Virus record (IMG/VR): IMGVR_UViG_3300035150_000015
Span: 40,444 to 104,443 of that record
Length of the DNA: 64,000 bases
DNA from: a virus
Strand: one strand, 5' to 3'
Positions 47,916 through 59,300 of the stretch are shown one piece after another. The notes under the pieces were generated by a model. The model saw only the letters and a list, made by a program, of their open reading frames with translations. It ran no database searches and had not been told where the DNA came from. Position 1 is the first letter of the stretch. Every line of letters begins with the position of its first letter. The translations under genes were made by a program, and so were the position numbers.

Positions 47916-49213
47916 CCTTTATCTTCCTCATCGTCGCTGCTGTCGTCATCTATGTCTTCGAGCTCGACCTCTTCCACAGAGTCTTCCTCGAGATCCGACA
48001 TGTCAACATCCTGGACGATTTCAACACCCTCATCAGAAAGTTCCTCATCCTGGATATCTTCATCCCCAGCTCTCACAGCCGTCAGAACCTTGTCCCTCAA
48101 TCCAGAGAAAACCTTGTTATTGTTCATGAGATACTCACGGAACTTCTCCCGACCCCGGAAAGCCTGGTCCAAGTACTTGTATTGAGCACCGCTCTTAGAA
48201 GCAATCTTGTGGCTGATAGCCGCCTCGATGAGGGAGTAGTAGTCGTCGATCCCGTAGTTGAACCGGATAAAGATATCCGTCGTGAATCCCTGCTTACCAT
48301 CAACCTTGCTTTTCACCAATTTGACCTGAGTGTGGTTACCGTAGGGGTAGGTACGAGACTTTCCGGTCAAGGGATCCTTCTTCTTCACTGATTCGGCCTT
48401 GATCTTAGTGAACTTCAGCCTGACATAGGTATAAAATTTCAAGGCCTTTCCACCCGGAGTGTTGTCCGAGCCTCCTCTTCCTCCACCCCACCCAGTAGAA
48501 ATGGTGCTCCGAATCTGATTCAACAACAGAATGGCGGTTCCCTGAGGATTGGTCGAGAACAACGTTAACTTTCCAGTCTTCTCGTCACGGTGCCCCTTGC
48601 CCTCAGCCAGCCACGCATTCAACTTGGGAAGGGTCTGGGAAAACTTCTGAGCTACAGCTCCGATCCTAGCATTGTCGTCGAGGTTTCGTTCCTGGAACTC
48701 AGATTTGGGGACCATGGCAGCCACTGAGTCCACCACGATGAGGTCCAGTCCAGTAACCAGACCGATCTTGATCAGCTTAAAGCCGTCCTCCAAGGTCGTA
48801 GGAGCGAAAATGGCCAACTTATCTTCGTCGAAGGAAACCCCCACTTTTCGTGCGTATACCTGGTCAAGAGCATGCTCGTAGTCCAGGAACATGGCACGTC
48901 CGCCGGCTTTTTGGCACTCAGCAATAGCTTGCAGGGCCGCCGTGGTCTTACCAGAAGACTCAGCTCCAAAGATTTCAGTGATTTGGCGCCGAGGGTATCC
49001 CGCACAACGGGGTCCAGAGCCGTCCGGGGTAATGGACCCTCCAATCAAATCGTCGATGCAAGTGCTCCCACTTGGGGCACAAGGGAGCGACGAATTCTTA
49101 ATCCCCATCGCCTCTTCACCAGTCCACTTTTTGGCCAGGGATCGAAGCATCGCCATAGCCTTGGTGGCATCGGAATTCGTAGCAACTTCCTTAGTTTTTC
49201 GTCTAACAGCCAT
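47912..49213 (-). CDS. recA: RecA recombinase
   Basis: GAESSGKTT, DYEHALD, VVDSVAA, NQIR, GGKALKFY; acidic tail. Confidence 0.95.
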   Translation of the reverse strand: MAVRRKTKEVATNSDATKAMAMLRSLAKKWTGEEAMGIKNSSLPCAPSGSTCIDDLIGGSITPDGSGPRCAGYPRRQITEIFGAESSGKTTAALQAIAECQKAGGRAMFLDYEHALDQVYARKVGVSFDEDKLAIFAPTTLEDGFKLIKIGLVTGLDLIVVDSVAAMVPKSEFQERNLDDNARIGAVAQKFSQTLPKLNAWLAEGKGHRDEKTGKLTLFSTNPQGTAILLLNQIRSTISTGWGGGRGGSDNTPGGKALKFYTYVRLKFTKIKAESVKKKDPLTGKSRTYPYGNHTQVKLVKSKVDGKQGFTTDIFIRFNYGIDDYYSLIEAAISHKIASKSGAQYKYLDQAFRGREKFREYLMNNNKVFSGLRDKVLTAVRAGDEDIQDEELSDEGVEIVQDVDMSDLEEDSVEEVELEDIDDDSSDDEEDKG

Positions 49214-49232
49214 ATTATCCTCAGGTTGTTTT

Positions 49233-49913
49233 CTAGGGCCTTGCGAACTCTACGGCGCAAGACACGTCTGCAGCACCCAATTGAGAGAACTGGTAGAACC
49301 TGTCCCCTTCCTTGAATACCAAGCCTTTCTTGACCGTTTTCCCAGCCTTAGCTCCCTTGGTGAACGTGTGAACGCTAAGGAACACCTGAAGCTCGGCGGG
49401 AAAGAGGTCTTCTTCCTTCAGCTCCCCTCGATGGAACTGCCAGAAACCAGCGGCCGTTCTAGCGATGATGTAGGCATCAGCCTCATTGTGATTCCACCGC
49501 TTGATTCCAGTATCGGCTCTTGCCGCATCCTGCATATCGGATTTGTCCATTCGGCCTTTCCGGACCGAGGGATCCATCTTTGCCATCAACTTGACCCTCT
49601 TAGGATCTAGATACACCACATCCTTCCTACGAATGAAGATGGCCTCATTCACATACAGAAAAAGGCCATATAGGCCCTCTGACCAGAGCTCCCCGAATGG
49701 CGGGGACTCTACCCCTATAGCTTCAATTTCAGGGTAAGAGTCCAACACAGCTCCCAAGGATTCTCGGAGATACATGTTCCGCCAAACGAAGATAGCCTTA
49801 GATTCCGTAGAAAAGACCCCCCTGGCAATGACCCGCTCCTTTCCTACAACGGAGGAGTTGATGATACACCACCCAAAGCCCGTCAGAGACGGGTCAATGC
49901 CTAGGGTAATCAC
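49233..49913 (-). CDS. ruvC: RuvC-like Holliday junction resolvase
   Basis: LGIDPS, VES, NEADA. Confidence 0.8.
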   Translation of the reverse strand: MITLGIDPSLTGFGWCIINSSVVGKERVIARGVFSTESKAIFVWRNMYLRESLGAVLDSYPEIEAIGVESPPFGELWSEGLYGLFLYVNEAIFIRRKDVVYLDPKRVKLMAKMDPSVRKGRMDKSDMQDAARADTGIKRWNHNEADAYIIARTAAGFWQFHRGELKEEDLFPAELQVFLSVHTFTKGAKAGKTVKKGLVFKEGDRFYQFSQLGAADVSCAVEFARP

Positions 49914-49928
49914 GACTATGCTGCCGTG

Positions 49929-50789
49929 TTATACGCCGTCCAGGATTCCGTCGAAGTCGTCCGCTCCAACATCCTCACCGGCATCACCACCCAGACCAAG
50001 CTGGATCTTGAGGTCAGCCGTGGACATCTCACGGAAGGGGACGAGCTTTTCGTACAAAGCATGCGCCTGACTCAAAACGTGGCTCTGGAAATCCTTGTTT
50101 AACCTCCAGATCGCCTTGCCAGCACCGTGGATATCGAAATTCTGGTAATCAGTGTTGGTGCAAGTCAAGGCCAGGTCCTGGTTAGAGATGGACAGATCAT
50201 TCTCACGGAGGGAATTGGCCACCTCGTGAAGAGTCTCGTACAATCTGTTCGAGAATCTCCAGGGGATGACTGTGCTGTTGGTGGTCAACTGTTCCTTGAT
50301 TACCGACCCGCTGTTGTTAGTCGGGTAGACCACCAAGACCGTCGTGAAGTAGACCTTAAGGGGGCCCATCATCTTCCAAACAGCATCCGCATCAGCACCA
50401 TCCTTACCAAGACGAGACAAGACGTAACCAACGCCCTGCTTGTAGTGAGCAAGAATCTTCTTGAACCGAACGTTGTTCAGATCGAGCTTCTCGTGATCCT
50501 GAAGCTCGTCAACCGACTTACCAAGCTCCCCGGCTCTCTTAGAGAAAACCGTTTTCACTGCTTCCAGGACCTTCTCTTTACTGACTTCCGGGTCCTTCTT
50601 CTTCATGGCCTTAGCAATAGAGATGGCCACAGGGTTAAAATAAACCAGACCTACCCGGTACTTCTTCCCCTTTTCTCCCTTGAACCACGGAATACGATTT
50701 GAGGTGACGTGCTTGCGGTCCTCTTCGTCCAGACCTACGTCCTCGTCCTCATACTCATCCAACCCCTCGAACAGATCATCATCAGACAT
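49929..50789 (-). CDS. Single-stranded DNA-binding protein (gp32-like)
   Basis: About 290 aa, acidic C-terminal tail DDFDGILDGV, position next to ruvC/recA. Confidence 0.55.
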   Translation of the reverse strand: MSDDDLFEGLDEYEDEDVGLDEEDRKHVTSNRIPWFKGEKGKKYRVGLVYFNPVAISIAKAMKKKDPEVSKEKVLEAVKTVFSKRAGELGKSVDELQDHEKLDLNNVRFKKILAHYKQGVGYVLSRLGKDGADADAVWKMMGPLKVYFTTVLVVYPTNNSGSVIKEQLTTNSTVIPWRFSNRLYETLHEVANSLRENDLSISNQDLALTCTNTDYQNFDIHGAGKAIWRLNKDFQSHVLSQAHALYEKLVPFREMSTADLKIQLGLGGDAGEDVGADDFDGILDGV

Positions 50790-50905
50790 TGATTTTTCTC
50801 CTAGCTGTGGGTCCGTTAAACTCGACAAAGTTTAGTTACAGGGGTCGAGCCCAAACGAAACAATTCAGTCCTACACATATACACCCTGTAAGCCAATGGA
50901 GTCAA

Positions 50906-51844
50906 TCAAATTGACTCAAGAAAGTCAGAAAATTCGTCTTCCTCCAGAAATCCCTCCACATCAGGGTCCTCTTTAGGAACTGACCTGGCAGACTGCTTTT
51001 TCTCAGGAGCCGGGTCAGGAATAGCCTCGGCGGTATCATCGGAGACACCCATGCTAAGGAATGAATCGAAGTCATCGTTATCTTCCCCCAGAGATACATC
51101 ATCTGACTCTGGGACAATAGGCTGCTTCGGAGCAACGGTTTTAGCTTGAGGGGCGGGGGCCTCAGGCTCTGGGGCCGGTTTAGCCTCGGGGTCGGATTCC
51201 TTCTCAGGCTCTGACCCACCTTCCCCGGACCCGTTAAGGCCAGCCATCTGCTGGGCCAAGTCCTTATCCAAGTCATCATCATCCCCATCAGAGACGATGT
51301 CAGGAGAAGGGGTGGGCGGCGAGTGCTTCTTCCTGCCCCACTTGGAGCCCCTAGAGGAATCACTCTCATCCCCATAGATAGACCCGTTCCCAAGCTCCAT
51401 GAGGATCAAGCTACGTTGAACCCGGATGGCACTCATGGTGGCGTCCAATTCTTTGTGACGGAACCGAAGGGCCTTCTCAACCAGAGAGACAGCCTTCAGA
51501 CTCCCCGCCAGACTAGCAATTTCCTTCCTTTCCTCCCTCAAAATGATATTGATCATCGACCTGCGGTCGTCAATAGAAGGTAGGTTGACTACTCTTGTAT
51601 CCTCCACCAAAAGCTCGTCAGACCGGGCCTGGAAAACCATCTCCAGGGCTTCCTTGGTCATCTCAAGCCGATGCCTCTCCCGGTGAGCTTCCTGAATGTA
51701 GACACCAACCTCATTCAGGTAGCCACGAGTAAGGGAAATTAGCTCTTGCATGTACAGAGGACCCCTGGTTACCGGGTCAGGGTCAAGCTTCACGGACATA
51801 TTGTCCAGAGCGTTATAGATCTCTTCAATTCGTTCAGGAGTCAT
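50906..51844 (-). CDS. Coiled-coil protein with acidic tail (possible recombination mediator)
   Basis: Helical N-terminal half, acidic disordered C-terminal half, between recD2 and ssb. Confidence 0.5.
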   Translation of the reverse strand: MTPERIEEIYNALDNMSVKLDPDPVTRGPLYMQELISLTRGYLNEVGVYIQEAHRERHRLEMTKEALEMVFQARSDELLVEDTRVVNLPSIDDRRSMINIILREERKEIASLAGSLKAVSLVEKALRFRHKELDATMSAIRVQRSLILMELGNGSIYGDESDSSRGSKWGRKKHSPPTPSPDIVSDGDDDDLDKDLAQQMAGLNGSGEGGSEPEKESDPEAKPAPEPEAPAPQAKTVAPKQPIVPESDDVSLGEDNDDFDSFLSMGVSDDTAEAIPDPAPEKKQSARSVPKEDPDVEGFLEEDEFSDFLESI

Positions 51845-51853
51845 ACCCTTGCC

Positions 51854-54061
51854 TCATACACCGGAACGAACAAAATTCGATATAGCTTCTGCAAGAGCCG
51901 TCCCTCTCCTGACCACTTTGTTGTTCAAGATAGCTCTCTGAACGGCTGCTTCCTCCCCAATCAACCAGACACACTTCCGAGCTCGGGTGACCGCCGTATA
52001 CAAAAGGTTCCTCTGCAGCATCCTTCCCTGAGACCTCAGAATTGGGAAGATAATAGTATCGAACTCTGACCCCTGACTCTTGTGTACAGTGATGGCATAA
52101 GCCAGGCGGAGCTTCTCTACAGCCACATCAGAGGGGAAAAACACTTCCACGTCCAACTGGTTACCCACTCCATGAATTCTCACTGTGAGACCGCTGTGGT
52201 GAATGCGAATCAGTTTCCCCACATCCCCATTGTAGACCCCTAACTGGTAGTCATTCTTGGTGACCATGAGGCGATCCCCGACCCTAAAGTGCAACCCACC
52301 TTTGTGCCATTCCTGAGGGCCTTCTGGGTTCAAAGCTTCCCTCAAGAGGTCATTGAGGCTGGTAACCCCCACAGTCCCATCGTACTTCGCCGAGAGTACT
52401 TGGAAGTTGGCGTCCCTAGCCTTAAGTCTGGCGGCCATCTGGACCACCAAACTTGCTATCTCCTCTTCATCGCTCATTCTCACGAACTTGAACTCAGGGT
52501 CGTCCTTGTAGGAGCCTAAACTCAACATCTCCCCCTTGTTGATCTCGTGAGAATGCCGAACAATAGAGCTCCTCTCCCCCTGACGAAAAATCTGAGTTAG
52601 ACGGACATTGGGCACGCTTGGGCACGCCACCAGTTCTCTCAACACGTTCCCGGGGCCCACTGAGGGAAGCTGGGCATCATCCCCCACGAAAACGAGAGTG
52701 GAGTCCGGACCCAACGAGCTCAGTAGACGGTAGAAGAGCTCCTGGTCCACCATGGAGAGTTCATCCGCGATAACAGCCTCAACAAACAACGGATTGTTCT
52801 CGTTGTGTCCCCAAGAGATGCCGTCGTACTTCAAGGCCCTGTGAACGGTATACGCCGCATGGCCGGCCACTGACGCTAGCCTCTTCGCAGCGATACCCGT
52901 CGGAGCCAACAACTGGAACGAGACGTTGGCATCCTCAAAGAACCTGACCAGAGCTCGAACCGTCGTAGTCTTTCCTGTCCCGGGCAACCCTGTGAGAACA
53001 ACCACCCGGTGGTTCCCGAGTTCCTTCACCACCTGTCTCTGAGCCTCGGACAGCTGAATCTGATTGACCCGTTCATACTCTTCGAGAAAGTGCTCCGTGT
53101 CTAGAGAGATGTCTGACGGCTTCAGAAGATTAGCCAGCATTCGGGCGGACTTTCGCTCAAAGTCATAATAGTCAGGTAGGTAGACTCCGGCCTCCGGATC
53201 TACTTTCAGTATTCCGGCTTCCTCCAAACTCTGAACAGCTTTCAAAAAAGCCTCCCTATGCCCCTCCTCCGGGAAGGGAAGGAGAGCCTCTCGCTTGGAC
53301 AAGTGCGCCACAACACCCGGAATACTCGACTTAGGAAGACACAAGTGCCCCCCCTGCTTAGCCGCATCCTGAAGAGACCAAAGGACAGCCCCCTCGTACC
53401 TCCGGGGGTCCCCCTCAAGAATATTCAGTTTCCTGGCCAACCGGTCAACCTTTGAGAAGTTGAAGCCTAGAATGGACATCAGTCGGTAAGGGTTCTCTTT
53501 AACCAGGGTACCGGCCTCTGAGCCAAAACGATACAACACTGCTTGGATCTCAGTACCACTCAAACCACCCAAGCGCAGAAGGGAAGATATGTCCCTTTTG
53601 CGGAAAGCCATCTCCCAGCCCAAGACCGCCGTTTGGAGCTCTTCTTGAGAGAAGCCTTCCAGAGGGTCATCCAAACAGTGATCTAGACTATCAGGGCTAT
53701 TCTGGAAGGCTGAGAGGCCATATTTGGAAACCACCCCCCCCACCAAACGACGGTCGGAGAAACCTTCGATACAGGAATAAAGGAAGTCCCCCAAAGCACG
53801 CTGATTTGGAAACCATGGCTCCCAGAGGTGTGCCAGAAACTGCAAGCCATACTTTGGGTGCCTAGTCCACTTCCCGAGAAGGCGCAAAGGCACCCCGAAC
53901 TGTACCTGGAGAAGTCCGTACAGTGACCCCCTGACCGTAGGATTTCTCCGGATGGTGGCCATCTCCACAGGAGCAGAGTTCACCAAATTCATGGTGAACA
54001 CACTGAAGTCGTCTCGGGAGAAAACCACCCGATCCACATACCCTTCAATCCAATCAACCAT
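51854..54061 (-). CDS. recD2: RecD2-like SF1B helicase
   Basis: NPY HhH region, GLPGTGKTT, APTG.AA, DELSM, GDDAQLPSV, HKSQGSE, YTAVTRA. Confidence 0.93.
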   Translation of the reverse strand: MVDWIEGYVDRVVFSRDDFSVFTMNLVNSAPVEMATIRRNPTVRGSLYGLLQVQFGVPLRLLGKWTRHPKYGLQFLAHLWEPWFPNQRALGDFLYSCIEGFSDRRLVGGVVSKYGLSAFQNSPDSLDHCLDDPLEGFSQEELQTAVLGWEMAFRKRDISSLLRLGGLSGTEIQAVLYRFGSEAGTLVKENPYRLMSILGFNFSKVDRLARKLNILEGDPRRYEGAVLWSLQDAAKQGGHLCLPKSSIPGVVAHLSKREALLPFPEEGHREAFLKAVQSLEEAGILKVDPEAGVYLPDYYDFERKSARMLANLLKPSDISLDTEHFLEEYERVNQIQLSEAQRQVVKELGNHRVVVLTGLPGTGKTTTVRALVRFFEDANVSFQLLAPTGIAAKRLASVAGHAAYTVHRALKYDGISWGHNENNPLFVEAVIADELSMVDQELFYRLLSSLGPDSTLVFVGDDAQLPSVGPGNVLRELVACPSVPNVRLTQIFRQGERSSIVRHSHEINKGEMLSLGSYKDDPEFKFVRMSDEEEIASLVVQMAARLKARDANFQVLSAKYDGTVGVTSLNDLLREALNPEGPQEWHKGGLHFRVGDRLMVTKNDYQLGVYNGDVGKLIRIHHSGLTVRIHGVGNQLDVEVFFPSDVAVEKLRLAYAITVHKSQGSEFDTIIFPILRSQGRMLQRNLLYTAVTRARKCVWLIGEEAAVQRAILNNKVVRRGTALAEAISNFVRSGV

Positions 54062-55982
54062 CGGCCCCAACCATAGCAATAAAGTCCCCCTCAGAAAGGA
54101 GCCTGGTGCCGTTCTTGCGAGCAGCCCTGGCCTTAGCGGTAGTCGAATTAGGGTCTGCCATCACCAAATAAGTAAGATCTCTGGTAACCGACTTCTTGAC
54201 GGAAGCCCCGGCCTCCTTAGCTAGCTTCTCCAACTCTGGACGCTTCCTAGTGAACTTTCCTGTGAAACAGATGCTGCTTCCGGACAAAGAGCCTACCGGC
54301 CGAGCTTTGATTTTAAGACCAGTCTCCTGAAGATCCTGCAACAACTCACGATTCCTCTCGATCCAACTGAACAGAGACTGGGCTCTTCGAGGGCCCATGC
54401 CAGCAATACCCTGCAGTCGATCCGACGAAGCTCCCTGAATCTTCTCTAGGGTATCGAATCCGGCGTCCACCACTAGCTGTATAGTAGCCGTAGCGCACAA
54501 GGGGATCCCAAGGGCCCCCAGGAAAGACTCAAGGGGGAGCGGGTTAACACCCCATAAGGTCCTCAAGACATTGTTGGCCGAAGTTTCCCCCATACGGTCT
54601 AAAGAGGCCAGCTGGTCTTTGGTAAGTCGGTAGAGGTCTGGGACTGACCCCACAAGGCCCTCGTCCACCAGTTTCTGGATAAGGGCCTCTCCCCACTCAA
54701 GGATCCCCAACTCTCTGACCCATTGTAGCAAGCGCCCCACAGTCTGTGCTGGGCACTCACTGGTATTGGGGCACGTCAGGTACTCTCCGATGCGTACCGT
54801 CTCAGCGCCACACCTAGGACACTGTGCTGGGGGCTGCGACACGGTTCCAGTCGACCCCGTGACTGACACTACCCTAGGAATGACATCGTTGGCGCGGCTG
54901 ACCAGGATTTTGGCTCCAACATCAAAGCCGATGTTCTCGATATAGGTCTGATTGTAGAGGCTAGCTCGGGACACCTCAGCCCCAAGAAGCCGAACCGGCC
55001 TGAAGACCGCCACTGGAGTAATGCGGCCAGTGCCGCCCACCTGGTCCTCTCGACCGACAGCTACAGTTTCTCGGCTGACAGGAGCAAATTTAAAGGCCAC
55101 TGCCCCACAGGGACGACCATTCCTGTCCCCCAGACTCCACTGGTAGGCCAGGTCATTAAGCCGAACAACCAGTCCATCGATATCATAGGGGAGCTGCTCT
55201 CGAATAGTCTGTTGGTACTCAACCCACAAGTCATGGGGAGTTCGGATCCCAGGAGCCAGAGCAGAGGGGTACCACCGAGGAACATTTAGATGCATCTGCT
55301 CTAAGAATTTGAACTGTTCCACCTCGGTCTTAAACTCAGGTCCCTCAAGAGCCTGGTATACAATTACCGTCAGATGTTCACACCCCTTCCCGTCCAAACG
55401 CTTGGCCGTTCCGCTAGCAGTGTTTCGGGGGTTGGCCTTGTCAGGAAAGTATTTCTTGTGGTCATCTTTGAAGAGCACGATCTCTCCCCGAAAGATGACT
55501 GAGATTGGCTCAGGAAGAGATTTAGCAACCCCCTTCATGCGAACCACATTCTGAGTTATGTCCTCTCCTACAGTCCCGTCACCACGAGTCAAGGCCTGAA
55601 TCAACCGGCCTCCCTCATACTGCAAGCTCACCGAAATGCCGTCAAGCTTCTCCGTGACAATCAGCTCCTCCTTCTTGTAAGGAAGCTCCCTGGCTACTTT
55701 GTTGACCCAACTGGACAATTCATCCATCGTCTGAACCTTGTCCAGAGAACCCATGGGGATGCTGTGCTCCACTTTGGGCCAAAAGGAAGCAGGAGGAGCC
55801 CCTATTGAAGTGACAGCAGAACTATCTTCCTTCAACTCAGCTAATTCGTCCACACGGGCATCATAGACCTCATCAGAGGCTATAGGTGTGCCGCCGTAGT
55901 ACGCTTGCCTAGCTTCAGAGATCCAGCTTTCTAAGTCAGCTATACGGCCTTCCCGGAACTCTTCCAGAACGTCTTCGAGCAT
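54054..55982 (-). CDS. ligA: NAD-dependent DNA ligase
   Basis: EKLDG, TRGDG, RGE, DGLV, zinc finger, HhH, BRCT. Confidence 0.95.
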   Translation of the reverse strand: MLEDVLEEFREGRIADLESWISEARQAYYGGTPIASDEVYDARVDELAELKEDSSAVTSIGAPPASFWPKVEHSIPMGSLDKVQTMDELSSWVNKVARELPYKKEELIVTEKLDGISVSLQYEGGRLIQALTRGDGTVGEDITQNVVRMKGVAKSLPEPISVIFRGEIVLFKDDHKKYFPDKANPRNTASGTAKRLDGKGCEHLTVIVYQALEGPEFKTEVEQFKFLEQMHLNVPRWYPSALAPGIRTPHDLWVEYQQTIREQLPYDIDGLVVRLNDLAYQWSLGDRNGRPCGAVAFKFAPVSRETVAVGREDQVGGTGRITPVAVFRPVRLLGAEVSRASLYNQTYIENIGFDVGAKILVSRANDVIPRVVSVTGSTGTVSQPPAQCPRCGAETVRIGEYLTCPNTSECPAQTVGRLLQWVRELGILEWGEALIQKLVDEGLVGSVPDLYRLTKDQLASLDRMGETSANNVLRTLWGVNPLPLESFLGALGIPLCATATIQLVVDAGFDTLEKIQGASSDRLQGIAGMGPRRAQSLFSWIERNRELLQDLQETGLKIKARPVGSLSGSSICFTGKFTRKRPELEKLAKEAGASVKKSVTRDLTYLVMADPNSTTAKARAARKNGTRLLSEGDFIAMVGADG

Positions 55983-55989
55983 TCTCTTC

Positions 55990-55999
55990 AATACACCGG
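55990..55999 (-). promoter_or_regulatory. Motif A CCGGTGTATT
   Basis: About 8 nt upstream of the ligase ATG. Confidence 0.5.
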
Positions 56000-56011
56000 A
56001 AAGTAACCGAT

Positions 56012-56257
56012 CTATCTACCGGAAATCTCCTGACCACTCTCCTCCAAAAGACTGGCCAGTTCTGCCAAATTCTCGAAGCTATTCAGGGTGAATCTAACCT
56101 CTTTCCCAGCCATCCTGGCCAAGGCACCCCTAACATCAAAATTAACAGGATTACCGTCAGAATCAGAGGTTCGGATTAAGTAGTGGCCGTCCAAAGGATC
56201 TTGCTCAACCACACCTTCAACAAAATACCCAAGTATTGCAGAATTTGGTGATGACAT
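56012..56257 (-). CDS. Small hypothetical protein
   Basis: GAGGA SD, 81 aa. Confidence 0.6.
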   Translation of the reverse strand: MSSPNSAILGYFVEGVVEQDPLDGHYLIRTSDSDGNPVNFDVRGALARMAGKEVRFTLNSFENLAELASLLEESGQEISGR

Positions 56258-56274
56258 AGGAATTCCTCATTGTA

Positions 56275-56305
56275 GTGTAGGTGACACAATAATGGTCACC
56301 TACAC
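56275..56305. repeat. Perfect 11-bp inverted repeat
   Basis: gtgtaggtgac-N9-gtcacctacac downstream of the RNR gene. Confidence 0.8.
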
Positions 56306-56331
56306 CAACTTGCACGAACATCAGGTGGGCA

Positions 56332-59300
56332 CTATCGTATAGGACACGCTCCTGAAGAGCACTCCTCCACCTCCATATCACCACCCCTTACTAAAAGGGA
56401 GTCGTGCTTAATCTGTCCGTACATCTCTTCATACTCAAGTCTGGTACAACTTTCGTAGGGAGGCTGAGCGTAACCATGAGACCTGGGCAGGCATGAGGTG
56501 CTCTTGAGGCGAGGCACAAACTCACGAAGACAAGAAGCTAACTCTTCTCTCTCCGTCTCTGGGTCGAAATTCAAAGTAGCTGAAACAGCGTTGTCAGACC
56601 ACCATTCTTGGATAGCGGCCTGCCGCTCGAACTGACCCCGAAGAGTTTCATTCTTGCTGGTAACCCGGGAATTTTGAGCCTTGGCTGGGAAAGAGAACAC
56701 CCAGGTCCTACGAGTCTTGTCGTAACAATCTTCTTCGAAAGGAACCCCAGCCTCCATCATAGCCTCGGACATTGGGTCGTTTTTAGCGATTCGGGTTCGT
56801 CGAATGTAGTACGGCGCATGAGGAGCGTGGATCCCAGGACTAGATCCATTCAGCAGACTGGTTGTACCACTGGGTTTGGTAGTGGTGACCGCAATCGGAC
56901 GATTCACCCTAAGCCCATCGGCATAATTATCAGCCTCATAACGGACGTACCCGTACCAATCGGCCAACAGATCGGGGGTCCACTCGAAGTCGCAAATTCC
57001 TCCGAGACCTACACCCACCCTCATGTTTTTTCGTTGAATTGCGTCAGACTCCGGGTCCAATAATGTTTGGAGCCTTTGGCGGAGACAATACCGGGTCACC
57101 AGTCGGAATACTGACCTGGGATCTGTGGAGGGCTTAAACTTGGCTGGAAAAACCTCAGCTAGGTTACAGGCCTCCCGGTCGGCCAAAGGCACTTCCCCGC
57201 AGTTGGCTACATACACCCCTATGTAAGATAAGCTCCCACCTTTACTCCTAGTGGAGGTGACCGTGGCTACTGTGTGAAAGTCGTCCACCGTGATATTGTA
57301 CACAGTATGTTCCCCTGAAAGCTCCTCAACCCTAGCTACCTTATGGTTATAGGAGTTCCCAGCTTCAGCCACTTCCTCAAACGAACGGAAACCAAACTTC
57401 AAAGTAGGACCAATTCTAAAAGGAAGTCCCTCTGACTTGCAAAAAAAAGACCATTCCTTACGATTGGGCGGCCGACCCAGACTAAATTTCAAATCGGAGA
57501 AGGCCTTGGCCTGCTTGAGTTTGGTATCTTTCATTCTTGCACTGTGAGTCTTGTCAGTGCCAGCTACCCTTCGAGCCTTCACAGAAGGGTCTGAATTCAA
57601 ATACAAAGTACCACAAGCATTGGAGCAAAAAGAGTACTCCCGGTGTTCATGGCTTACCTCAAACGAAGCGCCGCATCCTTCACACACCTTTGGTACCAAA
57701 ACCCGGCCATCCTTCAGTCGGGCATCGTAACCTTGCTCCAACATAGATTGGTAGGTCCTGACTACTCGAGGGTCCTCACCAACAGCCTCAAAGCCCAATT
57801 CCAGAGCACACGACTTAGCCAGAGTCAGGATAGAACCTAAGGAGTTCGAACGAAATTCGGAAAAGCGTTGAGGAAGACCTAGCTCCTTAGCATGCTCCCG
57901 CCACTCCTTCCTACTGAACCTACGGCCCAATTTCCGAGTCAACCCTAGAGCGTGCTCCCGAATGTCCCCATTAGATAGCCCGGACCACCGACCATTTTTC
58001 TCTCCGGTCTGGTCAATCTCACCATGGAGCCTAGCATGCTCCCTGAAAGTCATAATCTGGAGGTTTTCCGGGGAATTGTTGAGCTGGTCATAGTCCTTGT
58101 GATGAACAACCAAGCCGCCTGTGTTAGCAAAGCCATTTTGCCTACAAGTCGAATAGACTTCCTTCCATCTCTCGGGGTCATGGAATCGGGCGATAAGCCG
58201 ATGTTCAAAAACCCGGCTATCGTGGTAGTCCAGGGTGTTGCAATGAACCAAATAATAGTCCTTGCTGCCCTTCTTCACCCTCTCCAGAGCCTTAGTAAAT
58301 CTAGGGAGACTCATACCGGACTCAAGCTCAGATGCCACCACAACAGACCCGTCTCTCAGAACAAACTTGTGGTCAGGAGTGGTATCCAGGTAACCCCCAT
58401 CATCCAACCACACACGAACCAGCTTCTTAGCATACCCAGTAACCCTGGGATTTCTCCCCATCTTGATCTCAACCTTACCGGTAGCTTTGTTCATAGAGTA
58501 TACAGGGACGTCTAGGCCTTCCTCAGCCAACTGCTGAATTGACACAGCATTTCTACCATCAGCCACAGCAATCAAAGTGTCACCAGAAAAACACGGGTTG
58601 ATTCCAGTCGCCCCCGGGTCCGTCTGCCAGATCAAAGGCAGGTTGATAATCCCAGGCTCCCCGTACTCAATGTTATCTGTAACCAGCCGCTCCCAATTGA
58701 AGTCCTCAAGCTGCCCCCACGATCGGAACATGATGCTATTGTTGGACGTGTGACGGTGGCTTGAAACAGCCTCCCAATCCTTCTTTGCGTCCCTAAAGGA
58801 TTGGTCGGTGGCTTCACCAAGAGCGATGATAGCACTCCGGCGAACATTTCCACTCTTGATACAAAGGCCAATATGGTTAGTGATATCCAAAGCCTCTACC
58901 GAGGTAAGTCTCCTACCCCTGGCTCCTCGAATGATACCCCAAGCTGCTCGTAGTAGGTGGGCTAGTGGGCCCGGGCCGCAAGCAATCCCACCAAAAGTGC
59001 GAATCAGTGAACCACGAGGACGCACATCTGAAACGTCGATAACCAAGTCCTTGCCAGCGTAGGCAGCCTCTAGTACTTTACCCAGAGACGTGACCCATCC
59101 CTCACGAGAGTCTTCGCACAGATATCGAGGGGTGCTCCCATTGAGGAAAGCGGGGCCCTCCGGATGAACTTCATCATAATCCGGGTGGTCTTCTCTGCAC
59201 CAAACGGCAAATCGAGCCTGGTTGTCCACAACATCCGGAAGAGTGTCCAGGCTCCCCAACCCCACACCCACACCACCGCCAAGCATCAGCTGGTTAGCCG

